Source: Hemiscyllium ocellatum
Lineage: Eukaryota
Reading direction: 5' to 3'
Assembly (NCBI RefSeq): GCF_020745735.1
Contig: NC_083404.1
Span: 14,694,001-14,758,000, forward strand
Length of the DNA stretch: 64,000 nt
Part shown: positions 13,111-26,677 of the stretch, in pieces
How positions within the stretch are numbered: position 1 is the stretch's first letter
Layout: the number at the start of each line of letters is the position of its first letter
Notes under the pieces: model-generated
Database searches by the model: none
What the model was told of the DNA's origin: nothing
The model's input: the letters and a program-made list of their open reading frames with translations, nothing else
Made by a program: the position numbers and the translations under genes

Positions 13111-14360
13111 GGACATGGGGTGCTTGTTGCAAGCTCCCATGAGATGTTGGTCCCTATCATAGAGGTCATTGCAGCAAGCAGTAGGCTGAAGTTGCCCTTA
13201 CCACTATGACTTCTGTATTGAGACTTCATCATGTCTAGTTTACTTGTGTTGCTCAGGCAGTTGGATAGGATGCTGCATATTAATGATGTGAGATGTGCAA
13301 CTACAATGGTCATCTACAAGCAATAATCCCCTCAATAGGCAACTCACTACTGTTTACTAAGTACCAAGAATCTTCCCTCGACATCTGAAAAGATGCAGCA
13401 AGTTGCTCCGGACGTCAAGATAAATCTCACTGGACTTCCCAGGTGATTCTGCCAATTTTTGTTTTGCCACAACTCATTTTCTTCAAGCCCTGATGAGATT
13501 CCACCTCATAGTTGGCAAAGCAGTTACATTATTCAATCCAATTTGGTATGAGATTCCAAATTTAACTCAGATTTTCTGATGCTGAATTGGGACTAAATGG
13601 GGCTTGCTTTCCTGGTTTGAAACTGGCTTCTATTGAGGTCTGTGCAACTGCAGTGAAGTACAAGTTTGAAACTCTTTGAGCAGTTCAGTGAGCCACATTG
13701 AAGTTCATATTGTTACAAGTTTAGCATTGGACTGATAAATGAGTAAATTTATCAGGGCTGGGAATAGCCCTAGTTTAGACATTGTTCAAAACAGACCAGT
13801 TTAATTCTACATTGTCCCCTCATAGGTAGATTGTGATGTTGTACTGGGGTCAAAATGAATCTGTGAATACTAAATTGAAATAAACAGAACTTTGTTTTCC
13901 TGGTTGTTATTAATTCAAACTATAATGTCATCCCTCCAAAATACCTGCAGGAATCATGACGATTTTGAGATGATGCAAAGGTAAATATGGATTCAGATCA
14001 TGGTTATGCAGTGTTGGCAGATTGCAGACTGAGCAAAGAAAATGATGCAATTTGTTGATTCAATGCAATACTTAACTTGGTTATGCACAACTTTATACCA
14101 TTAAGCTGTAATCAGTCTGATCAGATTGAATTCCTGCACATGCTTCAGACTAACTTTTCAAGTTTTCTGAGCAATTTATGTGGGTCAACAGAGAACAAGC
14201 AAAGCATTGTATGCAACTTTGCCTCAGTCTTTAGAAAGATCCTGAAGCAGAATTAAATTTGCCTATTTCCAAAAAAGAACACAAGCCTTTCTTCCAATCT
14301 GGAGCTGGAATTTATGCTCGGACTTAGGTTCCCAACCCTTTCAGCATGAAGTGCAACTAT

Positions 14361-14575
14361 GAGAAAGTGAGGACTGCAGATGCTGGAGATCAGAGTCAAA
14401 TAGAGTGGCACTGGAAAAGCACAGCAGGTCGGGCAGCATCCAAGGATCAGGAGAGTCAAAGTTGCAAGCGTAGGCTCTTCATCAAGAATGTATGATGAGG
14501 GGCTTCTGCATAAAATGTCGTCGCTCCTGCTCCTCAGACTCTGCCTAATCGGCTGTGCTCTTCCAGCACCATACA
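14361..14575. mobile_element. Penelope-derived fold-back fragment (older, diverged)
   Basis: gagaaagtgaggactgcagatgctggagatcagagtc...gcacagcaggtcgggcagcatcc followed by an inverted partial copy. Degenerate hammerhead-like cores at the centre. Confidence 0.75.
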
Positions 14576-14974
14576 TTTGGAGCATAAAGTTCAGGTCATC
14601 ATTTGGCTTGAGGTTAAACTTCTGCTTTCAGCATGTGACTGAAGAAGGGTAAAACCTGAACCATCGACTTCTCCATCTCAGAGAGCTTCCAGTTAATGAA
14701 GGTCAGTGCAGGGCTTTGGGGGGGGGGGGACCAGGTTAGCAGGTATGGAGGGGGCTGGTTGGATTATGTGGACAGGGACATGAGGAAGGGAGGATGCCTT
14801 AGGGGCCTTCAACTGGTATAGGGTGGGAAAAGGAAGCACCTCTGGCCAGGTTCCATGATGGTGGGTGGGAACTTGGCACAAGCTTTCCATTTAGTTGATA
14901 AGATCCTAGAAGCAGGAGGAGAAAAACCATGGAAAATTACACTGGAGGCAGAGGTGGGAATTTGGTGCCAAGTC

Positions 14975-15703
14975 CAGCGCCTGTGCCCCAACCTTTCCGT
15001 TGTCTCATCAATGACTGCATTAGTGCAGCGTGCTGCATCCAGGCTGAACTGGAGTAGTCCATTGACTTTGCCCACAACATCCACCCTGCCATCATATTCA
15101 CTTGGTCCATTTTGAACACCTCCCTCCCATTTCTTAACTTCACCATTTCCATCTCCAATGATAGTTTCCAGATAGACGTTTACTACAAACCCACAGTCTC
15201 CCATAACTAGCTGGATTACACCTCCTGCCACCCAGTATCCTGCAAGAACTCCAACCCATTCTCCCAATTCCTCCACCTCTGCTGCATCTGCTTGGACGAG
15301 GAGACATTCCACTCCCAAGCATCCCAGATGTCCACCTATTTTGAGCAATGTGCTTTTTTTCCCTCTGTCATCAGGACATCCCTCCGCCGCACCACCTCCA
15401 TTCCCCATTCCTCTGTTCTAACCCCCCCCCCCGCAGTGCAATAAAGACAGAGGCCCCCTTGTCCTCACCTACCACCCCACCAGGCTCTGCATCCAACATG
15501 TCATCCTAAAACATCCTTCATCAAAGATCATTCCCTTCAACGCCACTCTCCCCACTGACACCCCCAAACCCTCAGGTACCTTCCCCTACAACCAGAAAAG
15601 ATCCAAAACCTGCCAATACACCATTCCCCTCACCTCCATCCAGGGCTCCAAACAGTCCTTCCAGGTGAGATAGAGGTTCATCTACCTCTCCTCCAACCTT
15701 GTT
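14975..15703 (+). mobile_element. Penelope-like element reverse transcriptase C-terminal fragment (frameshifted)
   Basis: Across frame shifts it reads FAHNIHPAIIFTWSILNTSLPFLNFTISISND.FQIDVYYKPTVSHN*LDYTSCHPVSCKNS.PFSQFLHLCCIC, the typical PLE RT thumb region. Confidence 0.85.
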
Positions 15704-15776
15704 TGTGATATACATAGATGATCTAGAAAAAGACACTGTTGGTCAGATCAGCAAGTTTGCAGATGACACGAAGATT
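15702..15776 (+). mobile_element. Short CR1 RT fragment
   Basis: Translates FVIYIDDLEKDTVGQISKFADDTKI, the CR1 YINDL...FADD motif. Confidence 0.75.
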
Positions 15777-15781
15777 AAATT

Positions 15782-16081
15782 GGATTCCCTACAGTGTGGA
15801 AACAGGCCCTTCGGCCCAACAAGTCCACACCGGCCCTCCAAAGAGCAACCCACACAGACCCATTCCCCCTGACTAATCCACCTAACACTGCAGGCAATTT
15901 AGCATGGCCAATTCACCTAACCTGCACATCTTTGGACTGTGGGAGGAAACCGGAGCACCCGGAGGAAACCTACGCAGACACGGGGAGAATGTGCAAACTC
16001 CACACAGACAGGTAGGAATTGAACCCGGGTTCTTGGTGCTGTGAGGCAGCAGTGCTAACCACTGAGCCACCGTGCCGCCCC
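15782..16081 (-). mobile_element. HE1-type V-SINE, near full length
   Basis: Minus strand has a tRNA-like head with A/B boxes (ggcggcacggtggctcagtggttagcactgc...gggttcaattcc), the V-domain (ctgtgtggagtttgcacattctccccgtgtctgcg...ttcctcccacagtccaaagatgtgcagg) and a CR1-like tail (gggccgaagggcctgtttccacactgtagg). Confidence 0.93.
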
Positions 16082-16286
16082 GTAAATGCGTTAAAATTAT
16101 ATCCATCAGAAACCTTCAGAACGTTCATCACAGATAGAAGAGACCAACTAGTGTAATAGCAGTTCATAACTTCAGCTGGCTTTTACACCATCTGGGGATG
16201 GGGTGGGGGTGCGGGTGTCAGGATGCCAGACAGTCATGAGGTCATCAAGTGGAGTGTTATGCCACTGGCACTGCACTTGGTTAAAG

Positions 16287-16770
16287 AAAAGAAAAGCTGC
16301 ATTTGCTGGAATTCAAATAGACAGGCAGGAGGCTGGAAAAACACAGCAAGCCAGATGGCATCAGGAGGCGGAGAAGTCGATGTTTCAGGTATAACCCTTC
16401 TTCAGGTCTGGGGGTGGGTGTGGAGAGAGCTGCAGATAAAGGGGTTGGTGGCGGCAGGGTGATGAAATAGGGATAGGTGAAGACAGGTAGAGGATACGAC
16501 CTGATTGGTCTGTGAAAGGAATGAATCAGGTAATGGCTGGAAGCAGTGGAAGGGATGGGGAGGGGTTGGGAAAAGAGTCGGGGGATGGGGAGAGTGGTTA
16601 TCTGGAATTGGAGAACTCAATGTTGAGTCCTCCAGGCTGTAGGCTGCCCAGGTGGAAGATGAGGTATTGTTTCTCCAATAGGAGCTGTGATTTGTTGTGG
16701 CAATGGAGGAAGTCAAGGATGGTCATGTTGGAAAGGGAGTGGGAAGGGGAATTAAAATGGGTGGTGACTC
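16287..16770 (-). mobile_element. Penelope-like element 3' end (GIY-YIG C-terminus plus terminal repeat)
   Basis: Minus strand reads ..FPSHSLSNMTILDFLHC....LLEKQYLIFHLGSLQPGGLNIEF, homologous to the 33306 copy. Degenerate hammerhead-like core ctgaagaagggttatacctgaaac at ~16380-16405. Confidence 0.85.
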
Positions 16771-16816
16771 CGAGTGCCTATGACATAGAGTAATGTATTA
16801 AGTATAATTGAATTAT

Positions 16817-16903
16817 AGCTGAAGATGTGTTGCTGGTTAAAGCACAGCAGGTCAGGCAGCATCCAAGGAATAGGAAATTTGACGTTTCGGGCTAAAGCCC
16901 TTC
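16817..16903 (-). mobile_element. Penelope terminal-repeat fragment
   Basis: agctgaagatgtgttgctggttaaagcacagcaggtcaggcagcatccaaggaataggaaatttgacgtttcgggc matches the reverse complement of 33760-33837. Confidence 0.8.
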
Positions 16904-17899
16904 GAGACCAAAGGAAAACAGCATCAATCCTGCACTAGCGACTGGGAGTTGTGTAAGGAAAGAATGTGAAGAGTAAGTTAAGACAACAAGTGTGATTTGC
17001 TTTCTTAAACCAATGTGGTTCACCACTTCAAGTCCAGGATTAGCGTATTTACTTTTGCAAAGGCTCACATCATATTCACACCTTTCTGAGATTGTTTCGT
17101 TATGCTTTTCGCATTTTATATCCCTTTTACTTTACTAAACATTGTTCAAATGACTGCTATCGCTGCTGACACCATCCCCAACCCCCACCCTCAAATCTTC
17201 ATTCTTCACACACTACAGTTTCTCAAAGTTGTGTGTTGCCAGAAAGACTTTCTTCCAGTTTACATCCTCCACTAAGTTCACTCAATTATTCATTGAGTCA
17301 TGTTTGGCATTCATCTCATCTTCCTTTGACTATTTTAGTTCAGTTGATAAGAAGATCCACTTTTATGCCATGAAGCTGTCATTGAAGCTGACTAGCAGCT
17401 TTGGCTTCTGTTTGTTCTGCAGGTTTTGTTCACTTTTAATGAAACAAACCTCAGTACATACGTTCTTAGCTGAATTATTGAATTTGGCAAGAGTTCGTAA
17501 ACAGTCAGCAGCACCCTGGCTTCTAAGGGGAGACATCTCTGGCACCGTCACATCAAATACTTTAAGCTGGTGGAGAAAGGTGCAGGAGGAGCCCTGGGGA
17601 TAGGCAAAGGAAATGGGGTTGATGAAATGAGCTACCAGGAAATGGATGGTGATGTTTGGGGCTTGATTGGCACAAGATGTTGGAGCCTGGAAGTTGCACT
17701 GTGCAAGGCGTATGCCTGTTGTCCACCATTTTCCTGTAAACTGCTAATCTGCAATGGCACATGGAATGGCTGTGACCACACCTGGAGTTGGTGGGGGAAA
17801 TGCTTCAACCTGTAAGGGAAGGGGAGGGTTATAAAACATAGCGAAAAACAGCATTACACACTGAGCCATACACTTCATAGAAAGCACGCCTGGGTCTCC

Positions 17900-18160
17900 A
17901 AATCCTAGGTAACTCTTTTATACTGCCACGCTGTTTGCAAACCATCTCCCTGTCCGAACTGTTACCAGCCATTTCATGCAATACCAACTCCTTTGCTCGC
18001 TTAAGGCCCATGGTGCAATATGAATATCTGTCCACTTCATTTGGAGTACTGATGTTTTAGTGACTGGGGACCCCTTCCAAGTGCAAGGTGGACCCTGTCT
18101 GGATGTAGAACAGCAGCTTGTCTGGTCCAAGTTCGTCATGGTACATCATGTATAAATTAA
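17900..18160 (+). mobile_element. Possible decayed Harbinger transposase N-terminal fragment
   Basis: Loose resemblance (CL...LS.RTV; GDPFQ...G) to the Harbinger transposase HTH region. Judged by eye only. Confidence 0.25.
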
Positions 18161-19202
18161 GATGGCTGATCTGACTGTGCAATTTTGAAGTAGTGCCTAC
18201 ACAGGGACTCAAGCAAATGGATGATATGGATTAGCTTATGTATATTTACCACAGTGCAGTGCAATGTTAGCTGAGCTATCAATGTGACCTCAAGAGGTTG
18301 TCTCTATTCTTTCCCTCTCACAATGCCTCAGGGCAGTCCCGATCCTGAAGCTGAAGTAAAGGCAGCCTGCACTACACTGAGCTCTTGTCCTTGGAGGTTT
18401 ACCTGGCCGATCTCAGGAGTATTTGTGTCTAGAGGGTCCGAAAGTGCTGAGGGTGTCTTTGCCATAGACACATATACCCTCCTTGGCTTGAACTCGGGTG
18501 GATTAGTGTGGTGCTGGAAATGGTCAGGGGTGGGGCATTGGTCAGAGAGTTTGGGTCAATGGGTAAGCAATATCAAACCCAGATTTATGGAGGGGAGTTA
18601 CTTATGAGGATTGATTAGTGATGAGTTGGACATTCAGTTTAGTAATCACCCAGGAATTAGGGTAGGTTTAATCTTCTGAATTAAAGCAAAGAACCGCAGA
18701 ATCTGGAGATCTATAGCAGGCTCACTTAGATTTGAAATGTTAACTCTAATTTATCCCCATGGATGCTGCTAGACCTGTTGTGTTTCCCCAGCAATTTGTA
18801 TTATTGTGTGTTTTCAATTATCTAACTGTTCTTGGGTAACTATTAAGCTTAAGTGAGTCTGACCCTTAAAATTTCTGGCTCTACTCCATACTTAGAGGTT
18901 TCTAGATGCTGGCTAATTTCACCCCAAAATGGCAAGTTCCTGGCCAATTCCCACACAGAATCAACTGTACCAGAATGTTTGCACGATCCAAACATGCAAC
19001 TCCAGTCTGCGCTGATGTGAGAGCTACCTTCTCATTGAAGAGTCTTCACCATTGTAGGTCGTAATACCATTCCAGTTTCATAACAGATGAAAGATGAAGT
19101 GATCTGGACAAGAGAGAGACCTATTTTCTTAAATAATACTATCATAAATAAAAACATTTTTTTTTAAAAAAAAGCACACCACAGTCAAACCTTAAATTAT
19201 AT

Positions 19203-19512
19203 TAGATTCCCTAAAGTGTGGAAGCAGGCCCTTCAGCCCAACAAGCCCACACTTACCCTCCGAAGAGCAACCCACCCAGACCCCTGACCTCTACATTCAC
19301 TCCTGACTAATACATCTAACACTACAGGCAATCTAGCATGGCCAGTTCACCTAACCTGCACATCTTTGGACTGTGGGAGGAAACCAGAGTACCTGGAGGA
19401 AACCCACGCACACACAGGGAAAATGTGCAAACTCCACACAGACAGTTGCCTGAGGCAGGCATTGAACCGAGGTCTGTGGTGCTGTAAGGCAGCAGTGCTA
19501 ACCACAGAGTCG
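19203..19512 (-). mobile_element. HE1-type V-SINE
   Basis: Same head, V-domain and tail as 15782-16081. Confidence 0.92.
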
Positions 19513-22500
19513 CTCATAAGTCAAGGGTGGTGTTCCTGATTCATAGTTACACAGACATATTAAAGCATTGTTCAAACATGGAATGAAATCGTAATATAGT
19601 ATGGGCTTCAACACTGTAAATAGTATTTTGATACTTCTAAGTTCCCTGGTATGACTTCCGTTATCCATTGCATGTTAAGTCAGTAATGCAATTTCAAAAG
19701 ACATCATAATTTATATTTGCATCATTATGATACACCTTTGCTTTGCATGAAGTATATAATCTAGATCCACTCAGATTTGTGCGAGGATTTCTCAAATACA
19801 TCCATATCTATTTATGACCATCCATTCAGACTTATAAATAGCGGAATGGTATGAAAATTGATTAGGTCAGCAATAAATAAAATCTCCCCACACTTTCTGA
19901 GTCCAGTGACTCATATGTAATTCCAAAGGCATCAGCATTTTTCCTGCTCCTTATGTTCATAATATATCTTCATGTGTGACTCCAGACAAGATAGTCCGCT
20001 GTAAAAAAAGGAAAGCAATACCAATCATGCCCTCAGCTAACATCCACATGCGAGTACCTTCTGGAAATGCTGACTGGTTAACATGGAGGAGTAACAGCAT
20101 TGACCAACATTTTCCCTAGTAATTATTTCAATCTAGCAAGAGAACATAAATAAAAGTGCTGTTCCTAGACTGATTTTTTAAAAAAGTGCTCTTCTGTTCC
20201 TTCTAATGTAACAGATATAAATTCACCGTTTGCTATGTGAAAGCTGCTTATTCCATCATCACTATATGACTTCCTGAAATCTGATTGCCTGAAGAAAGCT
20301 AGGAATATTTTGTTCCTTGGATGTCTTACTGTACCAATTATAGATATTATCCTTCTGCTCAGCAAAAGGTAACAAAGAGTTCTGGAATCTCAAGATCATC
20401 ACAGGGTGACAGTTTCACCTATAAATTGTCATGTTTGCATTCTGAGTTTAGGGGGAAGGGAAATCTTAGAGCTCTAGTGGCAGTGTGTGTGTGGCTTGTG
20501 TTCAAACACTAGCCTCAACCTGTCACACTTCACTCGATATGGGAATTTCACTATCTCTCAAACACTCTCGTTAGATTGAACATTGTGCAATAATGATGGG
20601 AGAGAGAAATGAACAGAACTATTCCTATTATATGAAAATTAACTTCTTAGCATAATTGAACCATACTGATGATTGACAGAAGAGGTGTTGCGGTGGGAAG
20701 CATGCTGTAGAGCTGTAGAAAATGAAAAATAAAGTTAATTTAGCCAGATACAGTCCAGTGAATATTTCCCCCTGCAGAAGACTTTGGTGAATCCCCAGTT
20801 ATTGCTCATAATACCCTCAAGGGAAGCTATGCCACACGTGCAAATAGAATGTTGTGCATCAAAATGCCATGCTAATCTTATTCCAGAGAGACTAAAACCA
20901 TCTATTCACTAATTTCCACATATTCAAATACAACTGCATTTCAACAAATAGTCAATAAAAACCTGCCTGTAGAAGTTTTGCAGGTCTGAAATTGTACTTG
21001 ACAGTAGTCATTGTTTACGTGCTATGGATGCTGTCCATGAAACAAAGTGGCAGCCAATGCAATATTCACACAGAGATCCTTCATAAGTCATGCCCAATGT
21101 TTCTTGCTGAGGCCAAACTCAACCAGACAGAACAGACAGATTATGATTTCAATCACGCTGCAATCTGTGTTACTTAATCAGCAACAGTCTGTCACTGGTT
21201 GGTTTTTGGGGTTTTTTTGCCAGCTACTAGGATTCTGCATACATCTGGGGCTTTCAGTGGTTCTTTCATTTGCAAAGATTTGCAGAGAGTTTTGTGGAAG
21301 GGACAGGAGGATTCTTGGCTGGTTTCAAGGTTTTTGCCCAAGCAAGTTGCTCTAAGATATAGGGTGCACTCGTAGTCAGTCCCTCTGGAATATAACATAA
21401 TTGAGCCAATAGAGCAGGACAAGTGACTGGGAGAGGGAAGGAAGGTGTAATTTTCCATAGCATTTCAGCCATGACCAAGACAAAGGCCTCCTTTCTAGGG
21501 GGTTATTACAGCCTCTGGCAGGGGAAGATGATGAACTGAACACCTCAGCCTACACTCATACATGACAAAGCTTAAAACTCATTTTTAAGCCCTGTCCCTG
21601 TACATTCTCAAAAGGAGAAAACACAATTATGTCTCTCATTCAGACTGCTGTCTTCCCTCCATCACAATGTGGGATACTCATATGTGATTATAATTCAGTT
21701 TGTAGGATTTTTCTCCCTTTAAGGTTTCCTTGACATCTTCAGCTTTGAATTCTAGGGTTCCCACCAGGCAGCTACTGAATTCACACCTAGCTTTGGTTAT
21801 ATATCCACTTTTTAATAAATACATCTCACAAATAAAAGTTCAGTATATATATTGGTGATCCAGAACTATGCTCCATGGTCAGGACACTTACTCTGAGCTA
21901 GATATTTGGACCAGCTAGATATTGATGACTTTAAATTCTTTATTCATTTTCTATTTATTTCTACATTTTATGAAAAGATATGCAATATTTAGCAAAGGCG
22001 TTTCCACTTTTTTTTTGCAAACTTAACAAAATATATGCTCTATCTTTTAAGAGTTTATTTTTCAAGTCTAAGATCATTACTCATTGATGGGCTTCACTCT
22101 GTGAAGAGTTGACAAGGTCTTGGAATTTTTAATAATTCAGTATAAGACAGATATTTTCCACCATCAAGATCTTTGTTGTGTCAATTACATAAGAGCAACA
22201 ACTATCGCTACACAGGAGTTGTACAGTTCGGTAATCTTTTCTCTTTCAGTCTACAAGGCTTGATAGCATTGTATAGCAGTTAAAAAATTGGCTTTAAAGT
22301 CAGCAGTCTCACTCAGGTATGTTGACTGCTTGAATTTTAGTTTAATATTGATCTGTTTGTGCTCCTTTTCGTGCTTGATCTTCTCCAATGTACTCCTCTA
22401 CTCCAGAAGCTCGATAGCTTGAGTATCTATCGTCCTGCAGATAGAAGAAATTGTAAATGGGACTAAATTGCCAACTTTATTTGACTTTGTGTACACTGTC

Positions 22501-22974
22501 CAAATTATTCATTTTAAAGTTAAAGTATGGTGGCAGGTTATTTGATGACATTACTTCTAACGTGACCCATCACAAACTTTCCAGACCAATCATCCAGTGA
22601 GTTGAAATGGTGAATGATGGACACTCAGTGGATGGAGGCTTTCATTCCCACCAGTTCCTTTTGGTCTCCAATGTTCTGATACCATACTTAAAGCCATCCT
22701 TTGCCAACCAGGAGCTCAGCGTCAGTCTGTGGCCAATGCTTTCCTCTTCCTTCACCAACCCAAAGATGTCAAGGTGCCTGCCCACTTCACAGATTCGACA
22801 TTGAATGATCTGCTCCAGGTCATTTTGGCCAGAAAGAAGAATCTTTTCCCCACTAATGGTTAAATAAAGCCTTCCTCTCAGGTCTGGGAAGCCACTAGAA
22901 GGCATAAGGAACCAGCAGGACCCAGTGCAGGAAGAGGATGAACAGTCTCTTCATCTCAGCAAGGCTAAGTGCTA

Positions 22975-23172
22975 GCATCCAAGGAACAGGAAATTCGACG
23001 TTTCGGGCATAAGCCCTTCATCAGGAACCACATCCTGAGCACATCCTGATGAAGGGCTTATGCCCGAAACATCAAATTTCCTGTTCCTTGGATGCTGCCT
23101 GACCTGCTGCGCTTTAACCAGCAACACATTTTCAGCTCTGATCTCCAGCATCTGCAGACCTCACTTTTTACT
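22975..23172. mobile_element. Penelope-derived fold-back mini-insertion with two inverted hammerhead motifs
   Basis: 10-bp TSD ctaagtgcta (22965-22974 / 23173-23182). ~52-bp inverted arms (22974-23026 vs 23044-23096). Confidence 0.9.
22993..23028 (-). ncRNA. Minimal type-I hammerhead ribozyme motif (PLE-associated)
   Basis: Minus strand gttc-CTGATGA-a-gggc-ttat-gccc-GAAAC-GTC-gaat: catalytic core, 4-bp stem II, loopless palindromic stem III (ACGT), GUC cleavage triplet and short stem I. Confidence 0.7.
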
Positions 23173-23436
23173 CTAAGTGCTACCATCCTCTCACTGCAAT
23201 CTCACAGGGAGCCACTTTACAGATCCAGGTCCAGTAGAACATGGAATGGCCACTAGATATGTGCTCAGACCCGCACTCCTTTTCTTTGGCATGGGTGTTA
23301 ATCATCAATAGCAATACAAGATGAGGTCGATAAACTTCAACCTTATTTCAGATGCCACTTCTTCTTGAGGTGCTTGGGTTTTATCAGCCATATGCTCTTT
23401 CCTATTTGCCATGAGCCACATGGGTTGGAACTGTGA

Positions 23437-23438
<2 letters not shown>

Positions 23439-23481
<43 letters not shown>
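23439..23481. repeat. (GA)n microsatellite
   Basis: About 21 GA units with one interruption. Confidence 0.95.
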
Positions 23482-24089
23482 CTAAGGCTTCCTGAGTCCA
23501 TTCAAGCACATTGACTCTACTTGGGTCATTGACCAGGATATCTGCAGGACTGGCATTGTTTTGTGTGTCTAACATTTTCCCCAAGAAGACTGTCTCTTGG
23601 TCCTCTATCTTGGACAGTTACAGACTGAAGTGGTCTGTTTTACATTTATATGCTGCATGTTGGAATCTACTTTCCTGCTTCAGAAAAACACCATTGTGGC
23701 TGCTGTCTCACTAGACACTGGCAGTCCTTGGACTACAAACTGGATCAAATCAGAGTCAGTGACCTAGTCCCAGAGAATCTCTCTGCCCCCTGGGATCAAA
23801 AGTCTGTCACTTTTGGCAATGTCAGGTCTTCCTTAGACTATAAAAAAATTCCAACAGAGCTTCATCCAGCACCCACACTAACAATACAGTCTTGTGTGAG
23901 TTCATCCTTCAATGATCCCTAATGGCAGTTATCCATGAGGCAATGTAAATCATTTATAAAGTAAATTATAGTTTCCTCTGATTCCTGCTTGCTGTAATTA
24001 AATTTTGCCTGGTCTATAATGGGGTTTTAGTTTAAAGTAGGGTGGGATTCAAAAGCCTGTATGTCATTGTCTTATTTTACATGTACATC

Positions 24090-24640
24090 ATTTATGCTTT
24101 GTCTGATGAGATTAGGATCAGCACTGCTGCCAATAGTGTACACCAGTACATTGGCCTGGTCTTTATTAGGCTCTTTATTGAGGTATTAAACAGTGTGGTA
24201 CCTGTACAGGTGCCAGAGCCAGTCTGGTCAAAGCCTTCTTTATGGTCTTGTGACTTGCAGCTTGTGCAGGTTTCTGTTGTTGTAAATGTTTCCCTTTCTG
24301 TGATCTGCAAGAATTTATTACCCACTGTGGTCGACCACTTTGCTTGCTGCTCCACTATGAGTTTTCCTGCACATTGTCAGCCTCACTTGGCCCCTTCCTC
24401 CCTGCTGTCCGATATTTAAGTGGGTCGCAAAGTCTATTGCCCGCTGCTCCTTGTCACTGCTGGGCTTCTCTTCAGGTTTGCCCTCATCAGTTCGCAGACG
24501 TTGTTCATCACCTGGAGGATTGCAATATCCCTGAGGTTTATTTCATGCGTTCCTTGTCATGTGCCTCTGGTTCAGTGGGTCTGGTCACTATTACCTTCAC
24601 ACAGGAAGAGCAAGACCACCCTCATGTGAATGAACATTAA
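24090..24640 (-). mobile_element. Possible decayed LTR-retrotransposon (Gypsy integrase C-terminal) remnant
   Basis: Coding-like composition with a HLNIGQQ...VR motif resembling the L..L..GQ.VR integrase tail. Multiple stops. Confidence 0.3.
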
Positions 24641-24957
24641 CAGTTTTTTTAAAAAATGTAATCATGTACAAAGGATGGTAAGAAAAGAAATCTTCTGGAA
24701 CCCTAATCCTAGAGTCCAAGTTTATGCTATCTGACATCACTATGCCATCACTCCTTCCTCTCACACTAGAGAATTATTCTTAGATTAAAGGTAGAGTTCA
24801 CCTTTTATTCCATAAAAACAAATGATGAAAGATACATCTTAAAAATGTTAGTCAGCTGGAAAAATATATCTTCCGTATTTTGCCAACTAATCAACCACAA
24901 TACATTCAATGTTTACTTAGTAGATAACATCAAAGTGTGCTTTAATATCATAAATAA

Positions 24958-25105
24958 CAATAACTTGTATTTATATCACACCTTTGATGTTGTAAAACAT
25001 TCCAAGGCATTTCACAGCAGCATTTTCAAATATAAATTGGCAGCCGGCCATATAAGCAGACATGCGAAATGGTGATGAAAAGCTGGCGAAAGAGGCAGGT
25101 TTCAA
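24958..25105 (-). mobile_element. L2-type LINE 3' end fragment
   Basis: aacttgtatttatatcacacctttgatgttgtaaaacattccaaggcatttcacag is the reverse complement of a typical L2 tail. Confidence 0.6.
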
Positions 25106-26024
25106 TAAACTATAATCAAACTTCTTGTCAGATGTCACAGGATATTCATTTTAAATGATCCTTGTTATTTTCCCTCTCTGTCCATTCCTTAGTTCTATCG
25201 GTGCCATGAAATATTCTTATCTAGAACATCTCAAACTGACATGCCATAGCAGTCTCCAAGTGCGCAAGGATGTCTTTCAATTATGACTTGGCACTTCACT
25301 TGGCATTTGGCAATGATAAAGAACTCATTATGTGGGTAATTGCACCTGCATCCTACCAGCTCATAACAGAGTAAGTACAAATGTACTTTAATAATGTAAT
25401 CTATGATCTGTGGATCTGTGGCTCTGTGGCCCAGGATCTTTAAATCTTCAGACCTTGATAATCCATAGTAGTTTTGTCAGGAATTCTCTGAATCCCCTGC
25501 CATGATCTCCAAAGCACCAAATCTGAAATCACTTTTAAAATTACACTATATAGGCCTTTCACCCCAATTGTTTCTTTCCCTGATTGATGACCGGGGAACC
25601 TACACTCTCGTATTGGGAACATTTCCAATGTTATGGCTGCATTAAAGCTTTGTGTAATCTCATTCGTCTTTCCTAACTTTAGTCAAAGAGTCACAGAAAA
25701 TTGGAATAATGTGGCTTTGCAGCTTTTCTTTTGAATTTCAGCAGATGAGTGGCAGAACTATGTTCACGATACTGAGGGGAATAGATAGGACAGGGAGAGA
25801 AAAACTCTGCCTGTTGGTTGGAGAATCAGTAACTGCAGGATACAATCTAAACCTTAATGGCAGGTCTTATACCTTTGCATAGAGGAGTTAGACGTTTCTC
25901 AAGGATTTCTGGAACCTGATGTCAAGATCGAAGGGACGCCCTGAGTCTGTATTTGTGGACAGTACAATTGGTTCTTGTGGGCAGCCTCTTAATTAGTTGC
26001 CTCTGAACCCACAATAAAATAGAT

Positions 26025-26345
26025 GTTAGGAAAATAGGAAAAGGAATAGGCCATTCAGCCCCTTGAGCCTGCTACATGATTCAATGGGATCATAGCTGAT
26101 CAATGGCCTGTCTTCATAAGCCAGCCTTTGGCCAATTTCCTTTAATACCTTTGCTTCACAAAAAAATTATCTGTCTCCCAGAAATTAAAAACTAATTGCT
26201 CCCGCATCCATTTGTGGAAGAGATTTCCAAACATCTCCACCTCTTGTGTGTAGAAGTACTTCCTAGCATCTATCCTGAATGGTCAGGCCCTAACTTTTAG
26301 ACAATATCCCCTAGTTCTAGAATCCCCAACCAGTGAAAATAGTTT
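26025..26345 (-). mobile_element. CR1 LINE 3' end fragment
   Basis: aggaataggccattcagccccttgagcctgct...ggaagagatttccaaac...cccctagttctag is the reverse complement of the CR1 tail seen at 31800-32090. Confidence 0.75.
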
Positions 26346-26677
26346 TATCTTTTTCGTGTCTGGCTTTACGTGGGATAATACTGGCTCATTTGTAGAGTTG
26401 ACAGCTCTGAAGGCTCAACCTATTTTTCAGGATTGGCAGCTACAGGTTGGGCAGAGTGGGGAATAACAATTGTGGAGGGCATTAATACCATTTGAATGGT
26501 GGGTATAGTAAAGCATGAATAGATGGGGGGGGGTCATGTGGGAGGGCAGCTCATTCACTGGACAGTGCCTTCAAGGAGGGCAGTGTATGGCCATACCTGG
26601 CATTGTCCAGGAGCTGGTGAGATGAGGGGCACTGGTGCTACCTTCTGTTCTCCCCATGGCTTTCTGCCGGGTGCACC

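Noticed and set aside
16010-16081. tRNA genes at SINE heads (also ~19450-19512, ~31670-31739)
   Set aside because: The A/B boxes continue directly into the V-domain and LINE tail, and there is no complete cloverleaf.
22314-22434. Minus-strand internal coding exon (strong acceptor ttcttctatctgcag)
   Set aside because: All three frames contain a stop and the peptide is unrecognised. At best it is a terminal or non-coding exon.
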